Counted from the first letter of the stretch, positions 35,962 to 47,500 are shown. The stretch is DNA of 64,000 nt from an uncultured virus (IMG/VR IMGVR_UViG_3300024289_000017) (IMGVR_UViG_3300024289_000017), one strand, 5' to 3'. Translations and numbers: made by a program. The notes: generated from the sequence alone by a model not told the origin.

Positions 35962-36334
35962 TGTAGATTTTATACAGTTCGGACAAACAATACATATCAA
36001 CCTGAATGTTACTCACACTAGACTTTGGATACTCTGGTAACTTACCCAAAAAAATAATAAAAGATTTAACTACATTCCACAAATCTTTTTCAAGTTTAAA
36101 AAATAACATTGGAGTTGCCGCTTCACCAAATATATTATAGAGAATAATAAAGTGATTTAAAATCAAGTGAGTTTTCAATTCACCTGATTTTTTATATCGC
36201 TTCAATAATCTTTTAATGTACTTAAAATGATTTAAATCTTTATCAAAATCTTCTTTGGTTACCGCTTGAGGATTTTCATAGTTTTTTATTGCAAATAAAA
36301 GAAAATTATCATCATTCAATTCAGTAAATAACAT
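35930..36334 (-). CDS. Conserved T4-like phage hypothetical protein
   Basis: LFAIKNYENP...KYIKRLL...LILNH...NIFG. Confidence 0.75.
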   Translation of the reverse strand: MLFTELNDDNFLLFAIKNYENPQAVTKEDFDKDLNHFKYIKRLLKRYKKSGELKTHLILNHFIILYNIFGEAATPMLFFKLEKDLWNVVKSFIIFLGKLPEYPKSSVSNIQVDMYCLSELYKIYNGKEETGQDN

Positions 36335-36346
36335 AGACTATTAAAT

Positions 36347-37111
36347 TCAAGCAGGTGGATAAAGTGGAGTATTACCAGTAGTAATTCCAGACATTGCAAC
36401 AAGAACTTCGGTCTTGACTCTCATTTCACCTTCAACTCCCATGTAAGTTGTAACCCCAACCCATCCCTCATGAGTTAAAGCGTATGAAGTTCCTTGTGCT
36501 ACTTCAATTCCAGCATCAGCAACACCATAAACTGATCTAGCATATCCATCAGCAAGTCTTGCGAATCTTAATATATCACCTGTACTAATTCCAGCACTAA
36601 TTGTTGAAGCAAGAGAAATTGTCGTTGCTCCAATGCTATTAATAACAACATTATTACCATTGTTTACTAGAGCATCACCAACAACTACTCCAGTTGCCCC
36701 ATTTAAAACACTTGACGAAATAACATTTGTTCCAATTCCAGCAGATGCTGTTGCAGTTCCAGTATATGTAATTGGTGAAAAACTTCTAGCGGCAATATTT
36801 GCTGCACTGAATGTACTATCGAGAACAGTATACTTAGGTAATTCGCTAATATCAAATTGAACTCCAGAAATAGTAGCACCGCTTAAATTGGAGGTAGAAG
36901 CAATTGAAAGTTGTGTTGCACTTGTAATTCCCACAATTACAGCATCACCATAATAAGTACCCGTTCTAGATCCAAAACGAATAACATCACCAACTGCTGC
37001 AGCACCTGCATTGCCAAAAGTAGTACCACTACCGGTCACAGTCAAAGTTTGATAGTCTAAAGATACTGTACCACCAGAACCTTTAGCATCATTATTTCCC
37101 CAGAGTGCCAT
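36347..37111 (-). CDS. Putative virion structural protein
   Basis: MALWG start, Gly/Ser/Thr-rich, THEGWVG...EVLVAMS C-terminus; late promoter upstream. Confidence 0.65.
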   Translation of the reverse strand: MALWGNNDAKGSGGTVSLDYQTLTVTGSGTTFGNAGAAAVGDVIRFGSRTGTYYGDAVIVGITSATQLSIASTSNLSGATISGVQFDISELPKYTVLDSTFSAANIAARSFSPITYTGTATASAGIGTNVISSSVLNGATGVVVGDALVNNGNNVVINSIGATTISLASTISAGISTGDILRFARLADGYARSVYGVADAGIEVAQGTSYALTHEGWVGVTTYMGVEGEMRVKTEVLVAMSGITTGNTPLYPPA

Positions 37112-37166
37112 GTTCTTTCTTCCGTAAAAGTTATTTGCTAAAAATTATTTATAAAAAAAAGAGACC

Positions 37167-37331
37167 TTACTTTTTGGTCTCTTTATGTAAAACAACCCTC
37201 AAAAAATTAGTTGTCAGATCAAGTAATCCATTTTCCTCAAATCTTTTTGTTTTTGCTAACCACTCGGAAGTGGTTAGCAGTAGACCGAGAACAATGGTAA
37301 CTCCCCAGTTGGTCACAAAACAAGTAATCAT
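37167..37331 (-). CDS. Small membrane protein (54 aa)
   Basis: MITCFVTNWGVTIVLGLLLTTSEWLAKTKRFEENGLLD; manual translation. Confidence 0.5.
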   Translation of the reverse strand: MITCFVTNWGVTIVLGLLLTTSEWLAKTKRFEENGLLDLTTNFLRVVLHKETKK

Positions 37332-37501
37332 GCTTGTGGCGTAAAGAGTTTATCCTTTACAAGATCATAAACTACATTATCAATGCTATTATCTGTACTA
37401 TCAACATACTTTTTAAGTAAGTCAAGAACAAGATTTTTAACTGCTGGATGTGTCGCGATTTGAATTAAAAGTGGTTTTACCACTGCAACTACTGCGCCCA
37501 T
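37328..37501 (-). CDS. Small hypothetical protein (57 aa)
   Basis: MGAVVAVVKPLLIQIATHPAVKNLVLDLLKKYVDSTDNSIDNVV; GGAGG RBS. Confidence 0.6.
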   Translation of the reverse strand: MGAVVAVVKPLLIQIATHPAVKNLVLDLLKKYVDSTDNSIDNVVYDLVKDKLFTPQA

Positions 37502-37540
37502 GATGTTCCTCCGTAAGAGAGTATCCTATCTTATTTAGGA

Positions 37541-39241
37541 TTACATTAAAGATCCTTTACCATGTTTGGAAATCATTTGTTGTCTCACAAAATCTAACGC
37601 TCTTTGGGAGGTCTCTTTATGTCTTTTCATTCTTGCTTCTCTTTCTGCTGGAGTTTCTGGTTTTGATGCAGATTGTTTTGCAGGAGATGTTGAAGAACGA
37701 GCACCCATTCCACCACGCTCAAGTTGTCTATCCTTCATTCGATCAGAATCTTCTTCAGAAACAGTTTCTGGTTTTCTTTGCTTCATTAATGCTTGTTTTC
37801 TAAGAGTAGCAATCCTAGTGTCAAGAGAAGCTCTTTGTTTTTGAACTTGAAGTTCTTGAGGGGTTAATGCAGTAGAATCTGCGACTGCTTCTTCAACTTT
37901 TTTAGGAATTCTTTCATGTTTTGTTTTTGCAAAATCACGAATTTTTTTCTCACTCATATCATCAACAATTTTAAGAACAGCATCACTTACTTCAGATCTT
38001 GGAGTCTGACCTCTTTTTACCGAAAGAGCAAGTCCAAATATTTTTTGCTGCTGCTCACTAGCAGCTTTTTCATTGATTACTTCCTCAGATACTGCTTTTT
38101 TAATTTTTTTAGCAGCAGTAACAGTTCCAGTAACACCAGATTTTACGCCTTTACCAAATTCAGATGCTCCTTTTGCAGCAACTCTTAGTGCTTTTCCTGC
38201 AGTTTGAGTTGCTGCACGATGCCTTTCCATTCCAGATTGGTATGCTTTTACTGCGCCAAAAATTCCTTTTGCAATTGCATCTCTTACTGGTTTCTTAGAT
38301 GGTTGCTTTTCAACAGCTTTTTTAATAGCAACTGATTTTTTTCTGACAGTTGACGATGCAGGACTTGACTTAAATCTTCGAGTAGTTCCATACTTTTGAA
38401 CTGCTGCCTTTGTTGCTTGAGACGGTGCAGTTCCTTTTGGAAGTTTTTGAGGACTTTTCTTTTTACCAAGTAAAGTTCTTGCTTCGTTTAATGTATATTC
38501 TTCCGAAATTTCAAAAACAAAATTTACAAATTCCTCAAGCCCAAGTTCTTCAATAAGAATATCTAAACCTTCTTCATTTAAACCCTGTTCATAAAAATAT
38601 TCAGTCGCAATATCAACAGTTTCAGTAAGAACTTCTTCATCAAGTTCTACCATTTCAATCAATGTTCCACCAAGATTTTCAACTGATTCACCTATTTTAA
38701 TACCAGACCCAATTGCACTTGTTTTTATTTTATTTTTTACTTGCTTTTCAACAATTTTTTGATTTTCCTTATTATCAACTTTATCGGTAATTTCAACCAA
38801 ATCTTCTCTCCAATTGGAGAATCCTTCTTTTGCAACTTTTTTGCTTCCACCCATTTCATCCTTACCCAACCTACCCGCAATTACATCACCTCTAGTTACT
38901 TTGTCATATGGAGGATAATTATTTGCAAGATTGCCATCATTTGTTTTCTTCGCTTCTTCCATTTTTTGCTTCGCTTTATCTCTCAAAGCCTTCTTCATGG
39001 ATTCTTTTTCATTACCATCCTTGTCAAAATCCAAGTAATCTGGTTTTGCTGCTTCCTTGATACCTTTCTTTTCTCTCATTGCCTTTGCTTTTGCAAGTGT
39101 TCTTTCTCTGGCAGCATCTTGCTCACTTTTAGGAATAGCAGTCACTGCACCAAGTCTTTCTGCAGGTTTACCAGGAACTGCAGATTCAGAAACTTGCTCC
39201 AGATATACTCTGGAAATATCATTCAGAGGATTGGTTGACAT
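37541..39241 (-). CDS. Large modular putative internal head protein
   Basis: Alternating acidic and basic blocks, DYLDFDKDGNEKE motif, EKAASEQQQKIFGLAL...DFAKTKH module. Confidence 0.65.
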   Translation of the reverse strand: MSTNPLNDISRVYLEQVSESAVPGKPAERLGAVTAIPKSEQDAARERTLAKAKAMREKKGIKEAAKPDYLDFDKDGNEKESMKKALRDKAKQKMEEAKKTNDGNLANNYPPYDKVTRGDVIAGRLGKDEMGGSKKVAKEGFSNWREDLVEITDKVDNKENQKIVEKQVKNKIKTSAIGSGIKIGESVENLGGTLIEMVELDEEVLTETVDIATEYFYEQGLNEEGLDILIEELGLEEFVNFVFEISEEYTLNEARTLLGKKKSPQKLPKGTAPSQATKAAVQKYGTTRRFKSSPASSTVRKKSVAIKKAVEKQPSKKPVRDAIAKGIFGAVKAYQSGMERHRAATQTAGKALRVAAKGASEFGKGVKSGVTGTVTAAKKIKKAVSEEVINEKAASEQQQKIFGLALSVKRGQTPRSEVSDAVLKIVDDMSEKKIRDFAKTKHERIPKKVEEAVADSTALTPQELQVQKQRASLDTRIATLRKQALMKQRKPETVSEEDSDRMKDRQLERGGMGARSSTSPAKQSASKPETPAEREARMKRHKETSQRALDFVRQQMISKHGKGSLM

Positions 39242-39253
39242 CTTAATAAGTAC

Positions 39254-40531
39254 TTACTTTTTTGCCTTATACTTATTTATGAAATTGGTTCCATATGACT
39301 TTCCTCCAAATTGGAGATATTGTTTATTAGTTCCAACCGATCCTGGAGTCATTTTTGCATAGTGTTTAAATGCACCAAGAGTTCCAACAAGAGTATTTGG
39401 ATGTACTTTATCTCTCATTGGACTATTCATTTCTACTTCAGAATATTCCATCAAATCTTTGATCCAAGATTTAAACATATATCCTTCTTCCGTCACACAT
39501 ATCAAATGATTAGTTCCTCTACGCATTACTTCACCAATTAATCCTGTATTTAAATTTTGAATTTTATCGCCTATTTTAAATATTTTTCCCTTTACATAAT
39601 TTTCACGAAGATTTTTCATATCATACTTAGGGGCAATATCCCATAGAGAATAACTTTCCTTTTTAACCTTAGATTTCTTAACTTTCATTCCCTGTCGAAC
39701 AGCATCAAAAAGTGTTTGTGTTTCTCCATCATCTAATGTTTTTGGTGTTCCTCTACGGAAAGAATTAAAATCATTATCTAATACTGCTTTTCTCATTTTA
39801 GATGCAGACATTCCCTCGATACCTTCTGCATCAGCATCTCTTACTCCAGCAGATACAACTCGAATTAAATCAAAATTATATAGTTCTCCATTATATTTTT
39901 GGGCAAGGTTTTCAAATTCTGCCTGACGATCAGAACCCACAACAATATTCACACTAGTATATCCTTCTTCTTGTGCTGCAACAAGAACATCAAAGATTGT
40001 TCTCATATATGGGTCATTAATAATGTTCTCCTCAAAATCTGGGAACATTTTTTTCATGTAAGAAATTTTGATATCAGGATCTAGTGGATTTTTCTTTGGA
40101 TCTTGAGTTCTTGAAGGATAAATCTTAATATCTCCACCAACAGAAATCCTCTTTGCCGACTTAAGAAGTTTATCATGACCAATTGTTGGTGGGTTAAAGC
40201 GACCAAAAACAATAGTAAGTGGTGATAGTTCTTCTTCAGGTTGCTCTTCTGGTGCTTGTCCTGATACCGCTTGAGGTTGTGGTGCAGGTGCTTGTGTTGC
40301 TTGAGTTGCTTGAGGTAATTGAGTTTTTGCTTGTTTATTTACTGGTTGCTTTTCTCCCTTTGTCGGTCTACCATCAGTGAATTTAAGTTTCCCTTCTTCT
40401 GTTCTTGCAACTGTTTTGCCAGATCTATCTACCCATCCACCATGACCATCTCCACGCAATCCAAGTTTTTTCGCCTGCATAGATGCTTGCGATTGCGTTG
40501 CTTCTGATAAAAATTGGAAGAAACTCTTCAT
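39254..40531 (-). CDS. Cytidylyltransferase-like (HxGH nucleotidyltransferase) protein with capsid-targeting-like N-terminus
   Basis: FGRFNPPTIGH, VVGSDR, MSASKMR; N-terminus MKSFFQFLSEA. Confidence 0.85.
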   Translation of the reverse strand: MKSFFQFLSEATQSQASMQAKKLGLRGDGHGGWVDRSGKTVARTEEGKLKFTDGRPTKGEKQPVNKQAKTQLPQATQATQAPAPQPQAVSGQAPEEQPEEELSPLTIVFGRFNPPTIGHDKLLKSAKRISVGGDIKIYPSRTQDPKKNPLDPDIKISYMKKMFPDFEENIINDPYMRTIFDVLVAAQEEGYTSVNIVVGSDRQAEFENLAQKYNGELYNFDLIRVVSAGVRDADAEGIEGMSASKMRKAVLDNDFNSFRRGTPKTLDDGETQTLFDAVRQGMKVKKSKVKKESYSLWDIAPKYDMKNLRENYVKGKIFKIGDKIQNLNTGLIGEVMRRGTNHLICVTEEGYMFKSWIKDLMEYSEVEMNSPMRDKVHPNTLVGTLGAFKHYAKMTPGSVGTNKQYLQFGGKSYGTNFINKYKAKK

Positions 40532-40579
40532 ATTGTTTATTTTTATACTTTTATTTATTTTTTTCTGCTTTTATATTTA

Positions 40580-40653
40580 TGGAGAATAGGAGACTCGAAC
40601 TCCTGACATCCTGCTTGCAAAGCAGGCGCTCTACCAGACTGAGCTAATTCCCC
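40580..40653 (-). tRNA. tRNA-Ala(TGC)
   Basis: GGGGAATTAGCTCAG, G3:U70, CCTGC-TT TGC AA-GCAGG; TTGACT-17-TATAAT promoter upstream. Confidence 0.95.
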
Positions 40654-40721
40654 AAGTTTAGACATTATAAAACCCCTCAACTAAAAAGTCAAGGGGTTAA
40701 AGCAACCTTCCGATTTATTTA

Positions 40722-41618
40722 TCAGATAGTTTCAGTAACCATAATTTTCAATGCTTCTTCTCTAGTGTTACCTTGCTCCATCAATTCGGCAAGAGTTGTA
40801 TCAAATACATCAACTTCTTCAGTTGCCATTCTTGAAGCAAGTTTTGAAGCACCAGAAGCAACTCCAGATGCAGCTGCTCCTACTGCTTTTTTAACACCTC
40901 TCTTTGTTCTTGCTGCAGTGTACTTAGCACTTTGCTTTGCTTTTCCAGCAACATCAGATGCTGCTTGTCCTGCTTTTCTTGCAGCACTATAAGCACCTAC
41001 TTGCGCTTGAGCGATTTTCTTCTTAATTCTACCTTTAATATCAGCAGCAACTTTTGCTCTCAGTCCTCTTCTCTTTTCAGGATCCTTCGATCTTGCAGCC
41101 ATTCCTGCAGCAGGGTGAAGACCTCTCTTTGTTGCATATGCAGCTGCTGGTCTATCAACAGCACGGAACTTTGCTTCTTTTCCAGCTTCCTTTGCTTTTG
41201 CAACTGCTGCTTTACCAGCAGACTTTGCTTTTCCAAGTGCAGACTTAACAGCACCTTTTACTTTAGCAATTTTTTCTGCTCTCTTTTCCTTTCTGACTAC
41301 AGATGCGCCTGCCTTTCTTGCTTGACTTGCCGCTTTTTCTGAAGATTGTGCATACTGCTTTCTTGCCGCAGCACGAGCACTCATATCAACTCTTGCTTCC
41401 GAAAGAACTTCTTCAAAGATTTCTTCCACTTCATCAAAATCATATCCTTCTTCAAGCATTTCATCAATTGTTTCTTCTACAATTGTATCAATTTCTTCGT
41501 CAGTAAGATCTTCAATGCCAGCAAACTCATCTGACATTTCTTCCAACTCATCTCTAAGATCTTCATCATAAATTGCACTATATGCTTCACACAAACCTCT
41601 AAGTTCTTTAGAATCCAT
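40722..41618 (-). CDS. Putative internal head protein with Ala/Lys-rich core
   Basis: MDSKELRGLCEAYSAIY, acidic N-terminus, Ala/Lys-rich middle. Confidence 0.65.
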   Translation of the reverse strand: MDSKELRGLCEAYSAIYDEDLRDELEEMSDEFAGIEDLTDEEIDTIVEETIDEMLEEGYDFDEVEEIFEEVLSEARVDMSARAAARKQYAQSSEKAASQARKAGASVVRKEKRAEKIAKVKGAVKSALGKAKSAGKAAVAKAKEAGKEAKFRAVDRPAAAYATKRGLHPAAGMAARSKDPEKRRGLRAKVAADIKGRIKKKIAQAQVGAYSAARKAGQAASDVAGKAKQSAKYTAARTKRGVKKAVGAAASGVASGASKLASRMATEEVDVFDTTLAELMEQGNTREEALKIMVTETI

Positions 41619-41672
41619 TTGAAAGTTTTTAGTAATTCTGTATATTTATTTATAAAAAAAGACCCCGAAGGA

Positions 41673-41858
41673 TCAAATACCAAGAACAGCACCAATATTA
41701 TCGTCAAGTTGTTGAATTACTTCACGAATATCAATTACACGCGGAGGAACACTCACTTCATCATAAGTATATCCTTTTTGTGCATCAAACAAAACTTGAC
41801 GAACTGCTGCTGCTGCACGAGCATCCATTTTAATTGTTACTTGTTTTTCTTTAGTCAT
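41673..41858 (-). CDS. Hypothetical protein
   Basis: 61-aa ORF coupled to mazG. Confidence 0.65.
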   Translation of the reverse strand: MTKEKQVTIKMDARAAAAVRQVLFDAQKGYTYDEVSVPPRVIDIREVIQQLDDNIGAVLGI

Positions 41859-42259
41859 AGATCTCCATTTTTACGATTTTCAGAACGCTCAATACTGAAA
41901 GCACCTTCAGGATAACGAGCATTTAATTTCTCAAAGTTCATTTGAATAACTTCTTCAAGAGAAATATCAAGTCCAATACATGCCTGAGAAACATACCACA
42001 TAATGTCCCCAAGTTCACGCTTCAAGTGAAACAAGTTTTCTTGATTTACAGGTTTACCTTGAAAGACAATCTTCTTTACAATTTCAGTAAATTCACCTGC
42101 TTCGGCAGACATTCCTACAGCAGCAGTAAGCAGTCTTTCGGTAGGAAACTCCTGTTCCCTTAGTTCCATAAGACTGTTGATGAAAGATGCGTGGTCTTTA
42201 CTAGGATTAGAAGTAGTGGTATTAACGAACTCGACATACTTATTAAGATCAATAGTCAT
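41855..42259 (-). CDS. mazG: MazG nucleoside triphosphate pyrophosphohydrolase
   Basis: GMSAEAGEFTEIVKK...ELGDIMWY...KLNARYP. Confidence 0.93.
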   Translation of the reverse strand: MTIDLNKYVEFVNTTTSNPSKDHASFINSLMELREQEFPTERLLTAAVGMSAEAGEFTEIVKKIVFQGKPVNQENLFHLKRELGDIMWYVSQACIGLDISLEEVIQMNFEKLNARYPEGAFSIERSENRKNGDL

Positions 42260-43635
42260 CAGAATTTAAATCCCTCAAATGATTTTTTAGGTTTCTTTTC
42301 TTCATAATCATACTCTTCATCCTTTCCGTTGTCAAGAATATCTTGCTGAGCAGATTGTTCACAATCATAAAGTCTCATCTTGGCACGATCAATACCAACA
42401 ACAAAACGCTTATGAATTGTTGGATCATTATAACGATTCTTAAGTTGTTTCACAAGAATTTGACCAAGACCTTCAAGTTCTTCTGTAGAAATTAACGCAA
42501 ACATCAAGTCAGCAGTTGCAGGGAGACCGAAAGACTCAGAAGTATCTGTTAGTTCCACATCAGAAGAACCATAACCAGAACGAGTAGTCTGAGTAGCACT
42601 TACAATGGGAACATTAAATTCCACAGCAAGACCACGAAGTTCTTCTGCAATTGCTTTTACAAAAGTATAAGAGTTGATATTACTATTACCCTTATACCTT
42701 GAAGATGAACAAATGTTTAGATAATCAATAAAGATAATATCTGGTTTGAACGATTTCTTAAGAGCAAGTTCATTCAGAAGAGACTTAAAATGTCCAGAGT
42801 GTGCAGAAGCAGTTGGATACTCTTTAATGATTAAAGTACCTTGAGTTTTCTTTGCAAGGTTTGTAACCTTATTCTCAAACATTTGCTTTGGTAGATCTAC
42901 AATATCCTGAATAGGAACATTCAGGAGGTTTGCGTCAATTCTTTCAGCAATGCGTTCTTCTGCCATTTCCAGCGTAATGTACAGAACGTTCCGTCCCTGG
43001 AGCAAGACGGAGCTAGCCATATGGCACATGAATAAAGACTTCCCGACGCCCGTACCAGCAAGAGCGATGTTAAGAGTTTTGTTAGGGAGACCACCTTTCG
43101 TGATTTTATTAAAGTATTCGAGATCAAATTCAATTTTATCCTCCTTTTTATGATATGATTCGTATCTTTGTTCATAGTCTTGTAGATAATCATGTCCGAT
43201 ATGAGTATCAAAACTTACAGCAAGAGCATCAGAAAGAATAGAAGGAATACTGTCACGATTTTTCTTTTCATCTTTACCGTCTGTAATATGAATTGATTCC
43301 ATAAGTGCCAAATAAATGGCACGATCACGACACCATTTTTCAGTGGTATTAACTAACCAATCAAACTCAACAGGCACATCATCCAAACAAGAAATTACTT
43401 GCACAATTTCCTTAAAAGACTGTTCATTAATGTCTGTTCTTTTTTCTATCTCGATACAAAGAACCTCTTTAGTTGTTGGTTGATTGTATTGTTGTACAAA
43501 AGACTGAATTTCTTCAAATATAATTTTTTGATTAAGGTCTTCAAAATATTCAGATTTAATAAAAGGAATTACTTTCCTAATGTATTGTTCATTGTATAAA
43601 AGGTTTCTAAGAATTAGAAACTCAACTTTCTCCAT
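42259..43635 (-). CDS. Replicative DNA helicase (gp41)
   Basis: [25 protein letters not shown]. Confidence 0.95.
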   Translation of the reverse strand: MEKVEFLILRNLLYNEQYIRKVIPFIKSEYFEDLNQKIIFEEIQSFVQQYNQPTTKEVLCIEIEKRTDINEQSFKEIVQVISCLDDVPVEFDWLVNTTEKWCRDRAIYLALMESIHITDGKDEKKNRDSIPSILSDALAVSFDTHIGHDYLQDYEQRYESYHKKEDKIEFDLEYFNKITKGGLPNKTLNIALAGTGVGKSLFMCHMASSVLLQGRNVLYITLEMAEERIAERIDANLLNVPIQDIVDLPKQMFENKVTNLAKKTQGTLIIKEYPTASAHSGHFKSLLNELALKKSFKPDIIFIDYLNICSSSRYKGNSNINSYTFVKAIAEELRGLAVEFNVPIVSATQTTRSGYGSSDVELTDTSESFGLPATADLMFALISTEELEGLGQILVKQLKNRYNDPTIHKRFVVGIDRAKMRLYDCEQSAQQDILDNGKDEEYDYEEKKPKKSFEGFKF

Positions 43636-44629
43636 AACTAAATTCCTTTCGTGCGATTTGGTCTAATTGTTCCATTACTTCTTCTGTGAAGTATACTTCA
43701 GGTTCTTTTAGAATCTGTTTAGCATAAATTTTCTTACCATCAATTTCATAGCGTCCTGCTACATTCTTCCAGAGTCCACCAATCTCACCAAGTTCCAGAA
43801 GACCATAGTAACGATCAAGGCCGCGCTCATCATAATACAGACGGATCTCAACATCTTTATTCTCCTTACTCAAACGCGATTTAGCAGTCTTAGCTTTGAT
43901 AATATTGCCGACCACTTCTGTTCCATCCTTTTCTTTCTTTTTGCTGAGATAAATGATCGTACTTGCTGCGTATTTGAGTCCAGAACCTCCCCCCATTTCT
44001 TTCGTTGGTACATAAGCTCCGATGACATCGTATGTATGATTTGTGACAAGGAGTGGAACATTTGCTTGACCTAATTTAAGTGTGAGCATTCGGAATGCAC
44101 CTTTGACAAGTTGAGATTTAGTCATATCACGAACTTGTTTATCATTGAGTGCATCAGTGATTTCTTTTTCAGTGGAAAGCATTCCTAAAGAGTCTAGCAC
44201 AAACATGCAAGGTTTGCGTTCTTCTACAGGTTTTTTTAAGTATAGGTCTACTGCTTTTAATGCTTTTCCACGAAATTCTTCAATAGTAACAACATTAACA
44301 ACCACAAGGCGAGAAGTATCAATTCCACGGGATTCTACAAGTGATTTAGTAATAGCAGCCTCAGTATCAAAATAGAGACAATAACCATCGGGATTGGTAT
44401 CAAGAAAATTCTTAACAACGGCGAGCGAGAAGAAAGTTTTTCCAGTACTAGACTCTCCAGCAATAGCAGTAATCTTGTTCCCAGATACACCACCAAATAT
44501 ACTACCTGAAACCAGTGCATTAAAAATGTACGAACCAGTGTCAACATATTTTTCAGTCTCATCAATGTCTGCGGCAAGTTGCGTATACTCACCACCAATT
44601 TCTTTTACAATATCTTTTAAGAAATCCAT
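43622..44629 (-). CDS. uvsX: RecA-like recombinase
   Basis: [23 protein letters not shown]. Confidence 0.95.
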   Translation of the reverse strand: MDFLKDIVKEIGGEYTQLAADIDETEKYVDTGSYIFNALVSGSIFGGVSGNKITAIAGESSTGKTFFSLAVVKNFLDTNPDGYCLYFDTEAAITKSLVESRGIDTSRLVVVNVVTIEEFRGKALKAVDLYLKKPVEERKPCMFVLDSLGMLSTEKEITDALNDKQVRDMTKSQLVKGAFRMLTLKLGQANVPLLVTNHTYDVIGAYVPTKEMGGGSGLKYAASTIIYLSKKKEKDGTEVVGNIIKAKTAKSRLSKENKDVEIRLYYDERGLDRYYGLLELGEIGGLWKNVAGRYEIDGKKIYAKQILKEPEVYFTEEVMEQLDQIARKEFSYGES

Positions 44630-44747
44630 AATTTATTTTTCCTGTTTATGTTAAAAGTCCACAATTTATTATAAAGATCTTTTTGATTAGAATTTTTAAG
44701 AATCTCTATAATTATTTTAAATTCTTTTTCTGTTATAGGTATGTCCA

Positions 44748-47243
44748 TTAAGAAAAAAATGATTCTAAACTTACAGTTTTTTCAACATTCCAACCAATAG
44801 AATCAAGAATAATTTTAAGTGGTTCTAAAAATGCCTTCTCAAATTGTAAATCATAGTCTATGTATCTGTCAAGATTAAGCTCTTTAGGAAAATCTTGAAT
44901 AAATGAGATTACATTCTCGTGGATAATATTGGGTTTTTTGAGGTAGATAAACTTAATTTTTTCTCCATTCTGTATAAGAGAATATTTGTTAGTTAATTTA
45001 TTACTCTTTATGTAATGATTAAACAAGAGAGCTCCGCGAACATGAATTGGAGTTCCTTTGATGTAAATATCGGAAGAAGATTGATATTTAGTTACATCAG
45101 AAGCTGATCGTGGGAAAGAGATAGATTCTGGAGAAAGTGTCCTGAATTCAAGGCGACAATTATCAATAAAATTAATTATATCATCCTCCGTCCCATTCAT
45201 CAAAATTTTAAAGGAATCTTTTAGCATTTTACGACATGGCGCAGGAGTGGAAGATTTAATTGCCTCAATCCCTTTAATTTTTAATTTAGGTTCCTCATAA
45301 CGAACTCCCTCACTATCCCAAACACTGAGAATATATCGCTTCTTCGCAGTCCAAATACCACGCTCAGCAATACATTCACGCTTCATAAACATCTTCTGTT
45401 CATAAGCATTCACATAGTCCGCCAATTCTTGATAAGAACTTTCAATATACTTTTCAAATTCCACAGAACAGACCTTATCAAGGAACGAAACAATGCCTTG
45501 AGTAGTTTTCTCTCTTCCTTGGAATACACTTTCAACCAAAGGGCCCATATTAATATACAGAGAGTCGGTATCAGAAGCAATAACATAATCAAAATCCCCA
45601 CTTTTAAGAATTTTATTCAAATAAGAATTCACCTTATTCATAATCCACTGAATAGCAACTTGACCAGAGAGAGTGATTGCTTCAGCGTTTGCCAGTTTGT
45701 AATAACGGAAATACTGATTCCCAATGGCACCATAAGCAGAGTTCAATTGAATCTTTCTCGCCATCTGAATATTATTGCAGCGAGATATCTCCTTAATCAA
45801 CTCTTTGTTCTTTGTCTTTTCATATTCCTGTTCTGCAGCAAGCATCTTCTTCTTAAAGACTACCCGTTCATTATAAATTTTTTCCATCAGTTCCGGAAGA
45901 AACCCACGAACCTCTTTAAGAAACATTGCACCATTTGCACATACTGCATAATCTTTATACATCTCAAAGTTAAGACTTTGATCCAAAATCTTATCGACAG
46001 AAACTGTTGGATGTTTTTCTTCTAAAAGAGTTTCTGGTGAGATGTTATACATCATAATCAAGTGTGGGTACAGTGAGTTCAAGTCAAAACTCACAACCCA
46101 ATCATACATTCCAGGAACAGGTTCTTTTACATAGGCACCAGCATACTTTTCATCCTTCTGTGTTTTATTTTTTGGAGGAATGACAATGTTTCTTTTCTTG
46201 AGATATGTGTAGATAATGTTATCCCACATACGAACTTGGTAGAACACATCAGCATAGTTCACTTTAGCGTCATATGCCATTGTCAACGCAAGTTCAATCA
46301 ATTTCATCTTGTCTTCCAGTCGGTCAACAAGTTCCACATCCTTGATGTTGTACTCTACGAATTTCTGCCATCCTTTAGTGTAGAAATCTTTAAAAGTGTC
46401 AAACTCTGAGTGATCCAGTTTCTTCTGACCCAGTTCTACTTCGGCAATGTAATCTAGTCGATAAGATTCTTGTGCTTTATATGTAAATTTTTTATAAAGA
46501 TCAAGGTAATCAAGTTGAGTCAATCCACCAACATCAAATGTTGTATGCTTACGACCATTAATATAAATCTCACCTTCAGTTACAAGTCCCCAATTGGAAA
46601 ATCGTTTCATTAGTTTTTCACCAAGAACACGATTCAATCTTTTACAGATATATGGAATGTCATATAACTGAATGTTCCAACCAGTCACAACATCGGGAAC
46701 ATCGACCATCCAATAATTAATGAAACTATTAAGAAGTTCATATTCACTTGGGCAGTAATGATAAGTTACATTACTCTGTTTATTATTAAATGGTTTAACT
46801 CCCCAAGTAATAATTTCTTTAGTTGTATAGTCCTGAATTGTAATTGCAAGAATTTCTTCAGAGCAAGATTCTACATCAGGGAATCCTTGCTCTGATGCAA
46901 CCTCAATATCCAAAGTTACAAGTTTGATTTTACTAATGTCAAACTTGATTTCATCTTCCGAATATTTTTCCGAAATATATTGATAGATATAACGATCATT
47001 TCCATAGATCTCGAACCCATCGATTTCATCATATTTTTTATAGAACTCCCGACAATCTTTAACTGTACCTGGATTGATTGGTTCTACTGCTTCTCCACTT
47101 AATGTCCTATACTTAGAATCTTTTTTAGTTTTTACAAAAAGAGTAGGAAAAAACTCATCTCTTGTTTCAAATCTTTTACCATTTTCTACGCCACGAACCA
47201 AAAATTGATTTCCAATCAACTGAACATTAGTGTAAAATCTCAT
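44748..47243 (-). CDS. Family B DNA polymerase (gp43)
   Basis: DIE exonuclease motif, SFDLNSLYP, KIQLNSAYG, ASDTDS, KKRY. Confidence 0.97.
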   Translation of the reverse strand: MRFYTNVQLIGNQFLVRGVENGKRFETRDEFFPTLFVKTKKDSKYRTLSGEAVEPINPGTVKDCREFYKKYDEIDGFEIYGNDRYIYQYISEKYSEDEIKFDISKIKLVTLDIEVASEQGFPDVESCSEEILAITIQDYTTKEIITWGVKPFNNKQSNVTYHYCPSEYELLNSFINYWMVDVPDVVTGWNIQLYDIPYICKRLNRVLGEKLMKRFSNWGLVTEGEIYINGRKHTTFDVGGLTQLDYLDLYKKFTYKAQESYRLDYIAEVELGQKKLDHSEFDTFKDFYTKGWQKFVEYNIKDVELVDRLEDKMKLIELALTMAYDAKVNYADVFYQVRMWDNIIYTYLKKRNIVIPPKNKTQKDEKYAGAYVKEPVPGMYDWVVSFDLNSLYPHLIMMYNISPETLLEEKHPTVSVDKILDQSLNFEMYKDYAVCANGAMFLKEVRGFLPELMEKIYNERVVFKKKMLAAEQEYEKTKNKELIKEISRCNNIQMARKIQLNSAYGAIGNQYFRYYKLANAEAITLSGQVAIQWIMNKVNSYLNKILKSGDFDYVIASDTDSLYINMGPLVESVFQGREKTTQGIVSFLDKVCSVEFEKYIESSYQELADYVNAYEQKMFMKRECIAERGIWTAKKRYILSVWDSEGVRYEEPKLKIKGIEAIKSSTPAPCRKMLKDSFKILMNGTEDDIINFIDNCRLEFRTLSPESISFPRSASDVTKYQSSSDIYIKGTPIHVRGALLFNHYIKSNKLTNKYSLIQNGEKIKFIYLKKPNIIHENVISFIQDFPKELNLDRYIDYDLQFEKAFLEPLKIILDSIGWNVEKTVSLESFFS

Positions 47244-47500
47244 TCTTTAATCAAGTCCTCATATTTTTCAAGTAAAGTTGGAGTTGGATCCACAAGCGTA
47301 AGAATCTTTTCCGAACTCATCATAAAAGTTTTTTCTTTTGTGAACCCACAAAGGAATGGTTCCATAGTGTGATCATTTTTCACGACGAATGGATTAATCA
47401 GTTTACAATCTGGTTCTCCAATGTCTGCACCGACTTCTTCAATTTCACTTATAAGAATTAAACTATTCGTTAATGCTAATATTTTGATCATTTTTTTCAT
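47240..47500 (-). CDS. Hypothetical protein (paralogous to upstream gene)
   Basis: ILISEIEE...LINPF...ILTLVDP. Confidence 0.65.
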   Translation of the reverse strand: MKKMIKILALTNSLILISEIEEVGADIGEPDCKLINPFVVKNDHTMEPFLCGFTKEKTFMMSSEKILTLVDPTPTLLEKYEDLIKE

